Origin: an uncultured Opitutia bacterium
Lineage (GTDB): Bacteria; Verrucomicrobiota; Verrucomicrobiia; Opitutales; Opitutaceae
DNA: 64,000 nt
Assembly: GCA_903869665.1 (NCBI GenBank)
Contig: CAIPZZ010000030.1
Location: 12,857 to 76,856, forward strand
Direction of reading: 5' to 3'
Made by a program: the position numbers and the translations under genes. The notes beneath the pieces were generated by a model. The model saw nothing but the letters and a program-made list of their open reading frames with translations. It made no database searches and was not told the origin of the DNA. Positions 18,378 through 26,366 of the stretch are shown here, piece by piece (within the stretch, counting starts at the first letter, position 1; each line of letters opens with the position of its first letter).

Positions 18378-19129
18378 CCTCCGCCCAAGTCCGCGCCGAC
18401 TTCGACGACCCGGTTGCCGTCGCCCACTACGCGCGCGCCGCCCACTTTATCGGGTTGTGGCTGTCCGAGCGCACGCTGATCGAACGCTTTTTTTCGGACA
18501 AAAGCGCTCCCCTGCTTGAGGCCGGCTGCGGCGCCGGCCGTGTGACCCTCGGCCTCTGGGAGGCGGGCTACCGACACCTCACCGCGTTCGATTTTGCGGC
18601 AGAGCCGCTCGACCAAGCCCGGCATCTCGCCCGTGAACGCGGCGCGGACGCCATCCGCTTCCTGCACGCCGATGCCACCGCCCTCGACCAATGTCATCCA
18701 TTGGTTGACAATTTGTTTGCCGGCGCGCTGTTCCTGTTCAACGGCCTGATGCAAATTCCCGGCCGCGAAAACCGCCGCGCCGCGCTGCGCGGCCTGCGCG
18801 GCGTTTGCGCGCCGGGTGCGCCGCTGCTCTTCACCACACACGACCGCGACCACTCGCCCGCGGAGCGCGCACTCTGGCGGCTCGAAAAATTGCGCTGGGA
18901 CAGCGGCACCCAGGACATGCGTCTGGTTGAATACGGCGACCGCTACTTCGAGGATGAAACCGGCCGGACTTTCATGCACCTGCCCGATCGCGCGGAAATT
19001 CTCGCCGACCTCGCCGCCACCGGCTGGACGCACGAATTCGACGCGCTCCGCCGCGAGATCGCCCGCGAGTCCCGCGCGGTGCGCGATTTTTCCGACGAGT
19101 GCCGCTTCTGGGCGGCGCGGGCCGGCTGA
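18359..19129 (+). CDS. class I SAM-dependent methyltransferase
   Basis: 256-aa ORF (GTG start) overlapping previous gene end; motif I LLEAGCGAGRVTL, acidic FDFA motif II. Confidence 0.72.
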   Translation: METNKITSAQVRADFDDPVAVAHYARAAHFIGLWLSERTLIERFFSDKSAPLLEAGCGAGRVTLGLWEAGYRHLTAFDFAAEPLDQARHLARERGADAIRFLHADATALDQCHPLVDNLFAGALFLFNGLMQIPGRENRRAALRGLRGVCAPGAPLLFTTHDRDHSPAERALWRLEKLRWDSGTQDMRLVEYGDRYFEDETGRTFMHLPDRAEILADLAATGWTHEFDALRREIARESRAVRDFSDECRFWAARAG

Positions 19130-19196
19130 CGGCTTAAAAACGCACAAACGGTCAAGCGCCACAGCCGCACCGCATGCTATTCTGGCAACGTCTCGC

Positions 19197-20087
19197 ATGA
19201 ACCACCACCGCGCCGCCGTCGCCCTCAGTCTCGAAACCATCGAGCAGCATCTGCGCGAACCGATCGCGCTCCACGCGCTGGCCCGACGCGTCGGTTTTTC
19301 GCTGTGGCACTTTCACCGCATCTTTGCCGAGCAGACGGGTGAATCACTCGGTTCCTATCTGCGCAGACGCCGTCTGACCGTCGCCGCCGAGGAGCTGCGC
19401 GCAACCCGTCGCAACATTTTGGACATCGCCCTCGATTTTCAATTTGAGTCACACGAGGCGTTCACCCGCGCCTTCAAGGCCGCCTTCGGCATCACGCCAC
19501 GCGATTTTCGGCGCACCGGCCGACTGGCATGGCAACGCACCCGACCCCGCCTCACGCCTCGCCGCCTTCGCCAACTCCCCCGCCTTACCACCATGACACC
19601 GCAAATCATCCGCTTGCCCGCTCTCAACCTGCTCGGTCTCTCCGCACGCTTCGTCCCGCCGACCTCGCCAGACGCCGACAATCTCGACGTGGTGCCCAAG
19701 CTTTACGCCCGCTTTTGCCCGCTGGTCTCACAGCTCCCCCAGCCGCAGGACCAATACATCTACGGCGCGGCCCGTTGTCCGCAGGACGGCGAGCTGCGCC
19801 ACCCGGATGAACGCGAATATCTCGCTTCCATCAACGTCAACGCCCGCACCGAGGCCGAGTCACCGTTTGTCCTCTGGCGCATCCCGGCCTCAACCTACGC
19901 CTGCTTCACCCACCGCGGTCCCGTGTCCCGCCTCGGGGAAACTATCAATTATGCGTTCGGTTCGTGGCTGCCACGCTCGACCTACCGACATGGGGACGGC
20001 CCCAATCTTGACCGGCAGGACGAAAGGTTTGGCGACGGCGGCAAAGATAGTGTCTTCGATTTTCTGATTCCCGTCGTGCCACGCTGA
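19197..20087 (+). CDS. AraC-family transcriptional regulator with GyrI-like effector domain
   Basis: ATG 19197 (MNHHRAAV) within ORF 18816..20087; HTH_AraC (SLWHFHRIFAEQTG, HEAFTRAFKAAFGITPRDF) then GyrI-like C-terminal half. Confidence 0.85.
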   Translation: MNHHRAAVALSLETIEQHLREPIALHALARRVGFSLWHFHRIFAEQTGESLGSYLRRRRLTVAAEELRATRRNILDIALDFQFESHEAFTRAFKAAFGITPRDFRRTGRLAWQRTRPRLTPRRLRQLPRLTTMTPQIIRLPALNLLGLSARFVPPTSPDADNLDVVPKLYARFCPLVSQLPQPQDQYIYGAARCPQDGELRHPDEREYLASINVNARTEAESPFVLWRIPASTYACFTHRGPVSRLGETINYAFGSWLPRSTYRHGDGPNLDRQDERFGDGGKDSVFDFLIPVVPR

Positions 20088-20140
20088 TCGGCCGGCGGCG
20101 AGGCCCACGGTTGCCCCGCCGCTCGGCCGAGGAACCAGTA

Positions 20141-20726
20141 TTATTTCTTCTCGTTGGCCGAGATGTTCAGGGTCACGGCCACATCGTCGGAGAGCATCGT
20201 GCCCAGCATCGCGGGACCGTTGACGCCGAAATCAGCCTTGTTGAGAGTAGCCGTCGCCTCCCACCCGGAAACCTGCACGCCGCCCATGCCCGGGGGCGAA
20301 TCCGAGCAGGCTGACCTTCAAGGTCACGGGTTTAGTGATCCCGTGCAGCGTGAGATCACCGGTCACGTCAAACGCGTCCTTGCCGGTCTTTTTCCACTCT
20401 TTGCTCTTGAACGTGATGGTGGGGAACTTCGTCGCATCAAAAAAATCGGGTGTCTTGAGATGCGTGTCACGATCGTTGTCGGCGGTGTTGATACTGCCGA
20501 CCTCAATGGTCGCCTCGACCGTGTTTTTCTCGGGATTTTCGCGGTCCACCGTGATGGTGCCGGAGAATTTGGTGAAAGAGCCGGGCACCTTGCTGACGAG
20601 CGGGCGAATGCTGAATCCGACCGACGAGTGGACGGAGTCGATCGTGTAGGTCTCGACCGCAGCGCGGGCGGAGAAAGTAAGGGCCGCAAGAAGCAGCGGC
20701 AGGGAGAACAGGCGGAAGGATTTCAT
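20141..20726 (-). pseudogene. YceI-family protein interrupted by a 1-nt frameshift
   Basis: ORF 20232..20738 carries signal peptide and YceI core (YTIDSVHSSVGFSI, TGDLTLHGITKPVTL). The conserved C-terminus MGGVQVSGWEATATLNKADFGVNGPAMLGTMLSDDVAVTLNISANEKK continues in another frame to a stop at 20141. Frames switch at the C3/G5 run 20289-20296. Confidence 0.65.
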
Positions 20727-20744
20727 AGGATGAATCATGGGAAG

Positions 20745-20783
20745 CGCGAAGAAAAGAACCCCGGCCGGCTTTGCAAGCCGGCC
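20745..20783 (-). terminator. possible rho-independent terminator downstream of rpiB
   Basis: Minus strand GGCCGGCT-TGCAA-AGCCGGCC followed by GGGGTTCTTTTCTT; about 110 nt after rpiB stop. Confidence 0.4.
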
Positions 20784-20891
20784 CGTGACTCTACGACGGG
20801 CAAAGGTAGATGATCCCTCAATGTCCGGCCTTACGGCACCGCTCCGTTAACCGATGGGAGAGAAATCTCCGACTTTGGAGGGGCTGGGGGG

Positions 20892-21338
20892 TTAGCACTC
20901 GATTTTCTTTACCCGGGCCAGATGCCGGCCGCCCTCAAACTCGGTGGCGAGCCACACGCGGGTAATTTTGATCGCCTCCGCCTCAGTTACCGTGCGCTGG
21001 CCCAACGAGAGCACATTCCCGTTGTTGTGCGAGCGGTTCCAGATAGCGACCTGCTCGTTCCAGCAAAGGCCGCAGCGGACGCCGCGAACTTTGTTGGCGA
21101 CGATGGCCTCGCCGTTGCCCGAGCCGCCGAGCACGATGCCGCGCTCAAATTCGCCGCGCGCCACGGCCTCGGCGGCGGGGCGGATGAAATCGGGGTAGTC
21201 GCACGCTGCGTCGGAATGCGTGCCGAAGTCGCGCACGGTGTGGCCGTCGGCGAGCAGCGCGGCCTTGAGGGCTTCTTTATAGGCGAAGCCGGCGTGATCC
21301 GAGGCGATGGCGATGGTGAAGGTTTTTTGGGCGGACAT
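20892..21338 (-). CDS. rpiB: ribose 5-phosphate isomerase B
   Basis: ATG 21338 (MSAQKTFTIAIASDHAGF); RpiB/LacA/LacB motifs GGSGNGEAIVANK and RSHNNGNVLSLG. Confidence 0.9.
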   Translation of the reverse strand: MSAQKTFTIAIASDHAGFAYKEALKAALLADGHTVRDFGTHSDAACDYPDFIRPAAEAVARGEFERGIVLGGSGNGEAIVANKVRGVRCGLCWNEQVAIWNRSHNNGNVLSLGQRTVTEAEAIKITRVWLATEFEGGRHLARVKKIEC

Positions 21339-21348
21339 GGCGGTTTTT

Positions 21349-21380
21349 CCCACGGATTACACGGATACCCGCGGATGGGA
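21349..21380. repeat. CACGGAT stutter array
   Basis: CACGGAT (21351), CACGGAT (21360), GCGGAT (21371) at about 10-nt spacing; inverted relative to the ATCCGTG array at 22666-22692. Confidence 0.75.
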
Positions 21381-21487
21381 AACAGAAACTGAGGCGCGTT
21401 TTGACCCGTAGCGGGCTATACCGCGTGTCCGGTTGCGCCACTGAAAAATCGGAACAAGCTGCCGGCCAACCAATCCCCTCGCTCGCC

Positions 21488-21898
21488 ATGAACAAATTCC
21501 GCCTCATTCTGCTGCTACCCTTGGTGGCGATCTTCGCCGCCTGTTCTTCCACTCCCGCCTCGCGCATCGCGCGCCGCCAATCCGCGTTTGATTCGTGGCC
21601 GTTGGAAGTGCGCGAGCAGGTCAGCGCGGGCAGAGTCGCGCTCGGCTTCACGGCCGAGCAGGTGCGAGTGGCGTTGGGCGAGCCTGACCGGGTGTTTGTG
21701 CGCACGACCGGTTCGGGAGATAGCGAGGTGTGGACTTGGCGCGAGCTGGGGCCACAGTTTGGTATCAGCGTGGGTGCGGGCGGCCCGCCCGTCAGCGGGG
21801 CGATTGGGCTCGGCTTCGAGAACTACGACTACCGCGATGCGGTGCGGGTTGTTTTCGACCAAGGCATGGTAGCGGCGATTGAGACACGGCGGCGGTGA
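21488..21898 (+). CDS. lipoprotein, SmpA/OmlA (BamE)-like
   Basis: ATG 21488; signal peptide with lipobox IFAAC; segment GFTAEQVRVALGEPDRV resembles the BamE/SmpA_OmlA fold. Confidence 0.55.
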   Translation: MNKFRLILLLPLVAIFAACSSTPASRIARRQSAFDSWPLEVREQVSAGRVALGFTAEQVRVALGEPDRVFVRTTGSGDSEVWTWRELGPQFGISVGAGGPPVSGAIGLGFENYDYRDAVRVVFDQGMVAAIETRRR

Positions 21899-21909
21899 GG
21901 ACAGGGGGT

Positions 21910-22596
21910 TTACCGGAATAAAGCGCAGAATCTTTGGCTTCGGTGGGCGCGCAGAAGATATCTTTTATGGTTTGCGGCGATTGCGTTGGAAAAATCGGCC
22001 AAAGAACAAACCAATTTTGTTCGCCCAAGCAGGTGCTTTCTCAGATTCAGCGTTACCGCGGTAAACGAGCGAAAAGGGAGACAGCCAAAAGCCGACATCA
22101 CCATAGGAATCCGGCTCATGGCCAATTTCAAACAATCGCACCTCCTCGGGCGCGGACACGCCGTCGCTGTTCTCTCCAGCTCCACCATATATGATGCAAC
22201 CGTCGGCCAAAAAACCACTGTGTTTTCATTGACAGCCCGTGCGTTGCCGCGGGCCAGCTCAGCCCTGGCCAGTTCGCGCGCCCGCTCATAACGGGAAAAA
22301 TACAAGCCGGATTCCGCACCACGAGCGGGGTAAAAAAATTCGTCTGGATCATTTGAATCATCGGGAGACTCGCCAGAAAAACCAAGAATAAGTGAATTGG
22401 AGTTAATGAAGGCGAGATAATGGATGCGAGCCAAGGTGTAGTGTGCTTCGGCGGAGGCCGGATGCGTCATGAGATATTTCTGCGCGCTGTTTAGCATCCG
22501 TTCCACCGGGATAAAATTGGGCTTCCTGAACATGCCCTGCGCAGGAGCGGCAAACAGGCTGGCGAGCAAAAACATGAAGGCTGAATAAGTTTTCAT
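21910..22596 (-). CDS. hypothetical secreted protein (low GC; possible frameshift)
   Basis: ATG 22596 gives signal peptide MKTYSAFMFLLASLFAAPAQG. The C-terminal third of the ORF is Cys/Arg-rich and non-protein-like, whereas an overlapping frame (21965..22210) reads as normal protein. Confidence 0.5.
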   Translation of the reverse strand: MKTYSAFMFLLASLFAAPAQGMFRKPNFIPVERMLNSAQKYLMTHPASAEAHYTLARIHYLAFINSNSLILGFSGESPDDSNDPDEFFYPARGAESGLYFSRYERARELARAELARGNARAVNENTVVFWPTVASYMVELERTATACPRPRRCDCLKLAMSRIPMVMSAFGCLPFRSFTAVTLNLRKHLLGRTKLVCSLADFSNAIAANHKRYLLRAHRSQRFCALFR

Positions 22597-22665
22597 GGGG
22601 TCGGAGAAATAGCCGCGACATTGGTAGTTTTGCTGAACGTCGCAATTCTTTCTCGCCGCCGCCTT

Positions 22666-22692
22666 ATCCGTGTCCATCCGTGTTCATCCGTG
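22666..22692. repeat. ATCCGTG stutter array (x3, 10-nt period)
   Basis: ATCCGTG at 22666, 22676 and 22686; the last unit supplies the inferred GTG start of gluQ. Confidence 0.8.
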
Positions 22693-23550
22693 GTTTCCTC
22701 CCGCTACATCGGCCGCCTCGCGCCCTCACCCACGGGGCTGCTGCACCTTGGGCACGCGCGGACGTTCTGGGTCGCCGCTCAGCGCGCCCGCGCCGTGCAT
22801 GGCACGCTGCTGCTCCGCAGCGACGACCTCGACGCCGTCCGCTTCCGCCTCGATTTCGTGGACGCGATGCTCGAAGACCTGCGCTGGCTCGGCCTGACGT
22901 GGCAGGAGCCGATGGTCGCGCAAAGCGCCCGCCGCCCGCTCTACCGCGCCGCGCTGGAAAGGCTCCACGCCGCCGGACAGATTTTCCCCTGCGCACGCTC
23001 GCGGCGCGACGTGCTCGACGCCGCCAGCGCGCCGCACGAAGGTGGCGCGGACGACGAGCCGGTCTATCCGCCGTCATTCCGCCCGCCCGCCGGCGCGACG
23101 CTGCCGCCACTGGGCGAGAACATCTCCGTCAACTGGCGCTTCCACGTGCCCGACGGCGAGGAGATCGCGTTCACCGACGGCCGCGCCGGGCCGCAACGCG
23201 CGGTGGCGGGCCGCGACTTCGGCGACTTCCTCGTCTGGCGCAAGGACGACACGCCCAGCTACCAGCTCGCCTGCGCGGTGGACGACGCCGCCATGGGTAT
23301 CACCGAGGTTGTGCGCGGCGACGACCTGATCCGCTCCACCTTTCGCCAGCTCCTGCTGCTGCGCGCCCTCGGCGCGGAGCCGCCTGCCTACTACCACTGC
23401 CCGCTGATGCTTGATGAGCACGGCACCCGCCTCGCCAAGCGCCACGACGCCCTCAGCCTCCGCGCCCTGCGCGAGCGCGGCGTGACGCCGGAGGAGATTC
23501 GCCGGAAATTTTTCTCCGCGGATGACGCGGAGATGCGCGGATCCCTGTAG
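22690..23550 (+). CDS. gluQ: tRNA glutamyl-Q(34) synthetase
   Basis: Class I aaRS signature YIGRLAPSPTGLLHLGHA; about 290 aa with no anticodon-binding domain, typical of GluQRS; GTG 22690 inferred. Confidence 0.86.
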   Translation: MVSSRYIGRLAPSPTGLLHLGHARTFWVAAQRARAVHGTLLLRSDDLDAVRFRLDFVDAMLEDLRWLGLTWQEPMVAQSARRPLYRAALERLHAAGQIFPCARSRRDVLDAASAPHEGGADDEPVYPPSFRPPAGATLPPLGENISVNWRFHVPDGEEIAFTDGRAGPQRAVAGRDFGDFLVWRKDDTPSYQLACAVDDAAMGITEVVRGDDLIRSTFRQLLLLRALGAEPPAYYHCPLMLDEHGTRLAKRHDALSLRALRERGVTPEEIRRKFFSADDAEMRGSL

Positions 23551-23653
23551 ATCGTTGTAGCACGCCTCGGGAGAGGCGGGACAACCTTCCGCACCGTGCC
23601 GCAAAGCCGGCCAATGCGTAACGCGCGTGCCATCCCGCCGGGCGGAAAAAAGA

Positions 23654-23974
23654 ATGGGCAAGCGCCCCGCGCCGCGCCAGATTGCGGGCGTGCTCGCCAA
23701 CCTGCTCCAACTCTTCGACCGCCGCGCCACGCGGGAGGACTACGATCGCGCGTTTGTCCGCGAAGTGCGCCCGGTCGTGCCGCGCGTGGCGCGCAGCCGC
23801 CGCTCGGAGCGCGTGCTCGTCGCCGGCTGGGCGCTCATTGCCCTGAAATGTTGGGGCGTGTGGTGGCTGCTGAACCATTTTGAAAACCGCATCCACCTCA
23901 GCGCCTGGTGGATCAACGGCCCCACTCTCACCGCCGCCGCGCTCGTGACCCTCGTCTATCTCCGCCGCGCCTGA
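23654..23974 (+). CDS. hypothetical small membrane protein
   Basis: ATG 23654 preceded by a purine-rich stretch; two hydrophobic helices (VLVAGWALIALKCWGVWWLL, PTLTAAALVTLVYL). Confidence 0.42.
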   Translation: MGKRPAPRQIAGVLANLLQLFDRRATREDYDRAFVREVRPVVPRVARSRRSERVLVAGWALIALKCWGVWWLLNHFENRIHLSAWWINGPTLTAAALVTLVYLRRA

Positions 23975-24101
23975 GCCGCACCCGCCGGTCTTGACGTGAG
24001 CCGGACTGCCGCGACAAATCTCGAATCTGAGATTCCAAATTCCCCGCCACTGCCTCCCTCCTGCGCCAACCAAATCCCTGCAACCTTCCGCCGCGCGCCA
24101 C

Positions 24102-24136
24102 TCCGCAATCCGCAATCCCAAATCCGCAATTCCCAA
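24102..24136. repeat. TCCGCAA heptamer array x5
   Basis: TCCGCAA TCCGCAA TCCCAAA TCCGCAA TTCCCAA running directly into ATG 24136. Confidence 0.8.
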
Positions 24137-24600
24137 TGCCTGCTGTCCCCAATCTCCGCAGCCCTTACGCCAAAGTTGGCCGCCTAGTTTATTTCGGGCG
24201 CATGCTCGACAAGATCCGCCTGCACGCCGCCGGCAAGCTCCCGCCCGAATATGTCGCCAACCTCGGCGACCAGAAGACGCCGACGTTTTTCGACGCCCGC
24301 ATCTGCCGTTTCCTCGGCGTGCCGTTCGCCGACATCTCGGCGCGCACACTCCAGGGCGGCACCGATGAGGAGATCCTCGCCTGGGCTGAGGCGCGCGGCA
24401 TCAAGCGCACCGACGAGGAGTGCGAGATCTGGAGCACTTTCCTCGTGAAACGTGGCTGGCGCGATGCGGGCAGCGCGTTCCTCGCGCAGCGCATCACCGA
24501 CTTCGGCCTGACTGGCAAACCGATCTCCACCATGTTCGAGCTGATCGAATTTGATGAGGGCCGCGATCCCGCCCGCGACCGTCCGTGGGAAAAAATCTAG
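24136..24600 (+). CDS. DUF5069 domain protein
   Basis: 154-aa ORF; N-terminus LRSPYAKVGRLVYFGRMLDKIRLHAAGKLP matches my recollection of the DUF5069 family. Confidence 0.7.
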   Translation: MPAVPNLRSPYAKVGRLVYFGRMLDKIRLHAAGKLPPEYVANLGDQKTPTFFDARICRFLGVPFADISARTLQGGTDEEILAWAEARGIKRTDEECEIWSTFLVKRGWRDAGSAFLAQRITDFGLTGKPISTMFELIEFDEGRDPARDRPWEKI

Positions 24601-24602
24601 CC

Positions 24603-25103
24603 ATGGTCGTGCTCGTCATGGGCGTCGCCGGCAGCGGCAAGACCACAGTGGGCCGCGCGCTCGCGGCCGCGCTCGGCGGCGCGTTTTACGACGGCGACGA
24701 TTTCCACCCGCCGGCCAACGTCGCCAAGATGGCCACCGGCACGCCGCTCGACGACGCCGACCGCGCGCCCTGGCTCGCCGCCCTGCGCGCGCGTCTCGAG
24801 GCCAGCCTCCGCGCGGGCGAGACCGCGGTCGTCGCCTGCTCTGCGCTCAAGGCCTGTTACCGCGAGACCCTGCTCGGCGGTCTGCCGCCGGAGCAGGCGC
24901 GCCTCGTATGGCTGCGCGGCCCGCGCGAACTGCTGGCGGAACGCATGCGCGCGCGGCGCGGGCACTTCATGCCGCCCGCGTTGCTCGACAGCCAGCTTGC
25001 CACGCTGGAGGAACCCGCCGGCGCCATCGTGGCCGACATCGCCCCGCCACCGGATGAGATTGTCGCCGGCGTGCTTGCCGCGCTGGGACGAAAAGCGGAT
25101 TGA
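24603..25103 (+). CDS. gntK: gluconokinase
   Basis: ATG 24603; GVAGSGKTTVGRALA P-loop followed by FYDGDDFHPPANVAKMATGTPLDDADRAPWL, closely matching the GntK pattern. Confidence 0.84.
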   Translation: MVVLVMGVAGSGKTTVGRALAAALGGAFYDGDDFHPPANVAKMATGTPLDDADRAPWLAALRARLEASLRAGETAVVACSALKACYRETLLGGLPPEQARLVWLRGPRELLAERMRARRGHFMPPALLDSQLATLEEPAGAIVADIAPPPDEIVAGVLAALGRKAD

Positions 25104-25155
25104 AGTTTCTCCAACAGCCTGCCGTGCTCGGCGCATCCCTCCCTCTTTCACCCCT

Positions 25156-26283
25156 ATGAACAGCGCCATCACGGAACCGGTCTATCCGGTCGCCGGCCAG
25201 CTCATCTCGGCGCGCGACTTGCTGGAAAAGTTCACCGTGCAGCAATGGATGAGCCGCGGCATCTCGCGCTATTCCGACCTCCACCTCAAGGCCGGCCGGC
25301 CGGCGCACTACCGGTTCCAAGGCGACATGGTGGCGCTGGAGGGCGCGGAACCGTTGACCCCGGAGATGGCCCAAAAGCTCATCCTCCCATTTCTCAATGC
25401 CGCCCAAGTCGCGCAGTTGGGCGCCACGCCTCCCACCGACGTGGACACTGCTTGGTATTGGGAGGAGAAAAAAATCAATTTCCGCCTCAACGTGTTCAAC
25501 GATCAAGACGGCCTTGCCGCCGTGCTGCGCGTGCTGCCCAACACCATGCCCGATATGTCCGCGCTGGGTTTTCCCGATCCGCTGGTCTGGGAGGAAGTCT
25601 GCGGACTGCAACATGGTCTGGTCCTCGTCACCGGCCCGACCGGCAGCGGCAAGTCCACCACCATCGCCGGGCTGCTCAATCATATCAATCACACCCGGCA
25701 GGCGCGCGTCATCACCCTCGAGGATCCCATCGAATATCTCTTCGAGAGTGACCGGTCGCTGTTTTCCCAACGCGAAGTCGGCCGGCATCTCCACTCTTTC
25801 GCCGACGGTCTCCGCAGCGCGCTCCGCGAGGATCCCGACATCATATTTGTCGGCGAGCTGCGCGATCCCGAGACCGTCTCGCTGGCCCTCACCGCCGCCG
25901 AAACCGGCCACCTCGTGCTGAGCACCTTGCACTCCCGCGACACCCGCAGCGCCATCACGCGGATCGTTGACGTGATGCCGGCGCAACGCGTGGCCGAGAC
26001 CGCCACGCAGCTCTCGCTCAGTCTGGCCTACATCTTCGGTCAGAAGCTGGTCTCCCGCGTGGGCGGCGGGCGCGTGCTCGTCACAGAGGTGTTCAAAAAC
26101 ACCCTCTCCATGGCCCACCTTATCCGCAAAAACGCCGTGCATCAGATGCAGATGGTGATCGAGACCGGCAAAAAGGAGGGCATGAGCACCTTCGACAGCC
26201 ACCTCCGTGCCCTCACGGACGCCGGCCTCATCACCCAGGAGGAAGCAGAGCAAAATTCCTCCAGTCCGAACGGCTTCCGTTGA
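25156..26283 (+). CDS. pilT: PilT-family type IV pilus retraction ATPase
   Basis: ATG 25156; Walker A GPTGSGKST, ITLEDPIEY, Walker B DIIFVGELRD, His box GHLVLSTLHS. Confidence 0.86.
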   Translation: MNSAITEPVYPVAGQLISARDLLEKFTVQQWMSRGISRYSDLHLKAGRPAHYRFQGDMVALEGAEPLTPEMAQKLILPFLNAAQVAQLGATPPTDVDTAWYWEEKKINFRLNVFNDQDGLAAVLRVLPNTMPDMSALGFPDPLVWEEVCGLQHGLVLVTGPTGSGKSTTIAGLLNHINHTRQARVITLEDPIEYLFESDRSLFSQREVGRHLHSFADGLRSALREDPDIIFVGELRDPETVSLALTAAETGHLVLSTLHSRDTRSAITRIVDVMPAQRVAETATQLSLSLAYIFGQKLVSRVGGGRVLVTEVFKNTLSMAHLIRKNAVHQMQMVIETGKKEGMSTFDSHLRALTDAGLITQEEAEQNSSSPNGFR

Positions 26284-26366
26284 AGGCCTGGCGGGCGCGC
26301 GGCCGTCCGCCCACTCCCCGCGCCTTTTTCTTCCCATCCGCCAGCCGCGTGCTTCACTCGCGGCTC

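Noticed and set aside
20088-20130. 12-bp bulged inverted repeat (TCGGCCGGCGGCG ... CGCCGCTCGGCCGA) between the convergent AraC and YceI genes, considered as a terminator.
   Set aside because: There is no U tract on either strand. It may still be structural, but it cannot be called a rho-independent terminator.
20288-20297. Programmed ribosomal frameshifting or other recoding as an explanation for the three frame breaks (20288-20297, 22209-22214, 42307-42313).
   Set aside because: I can identify no slippery heptamer plus downstream structure, and no known recoding precedent for these families. All three breaks sit in simple homopolymer runs, so indel error or ordinary mutation is more parsimonious.
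22666-22692. Short tandem repeats (also 24102-24136, 21349-21380 and 1255-1285) considered as possible CRISPR or minisatellite arrays.
   Set aside because: Units are only 7-16 nt with no unique spacers and only 2-5 copies. No cas genes are present. They are treated as stutter or hairpin elements instead.
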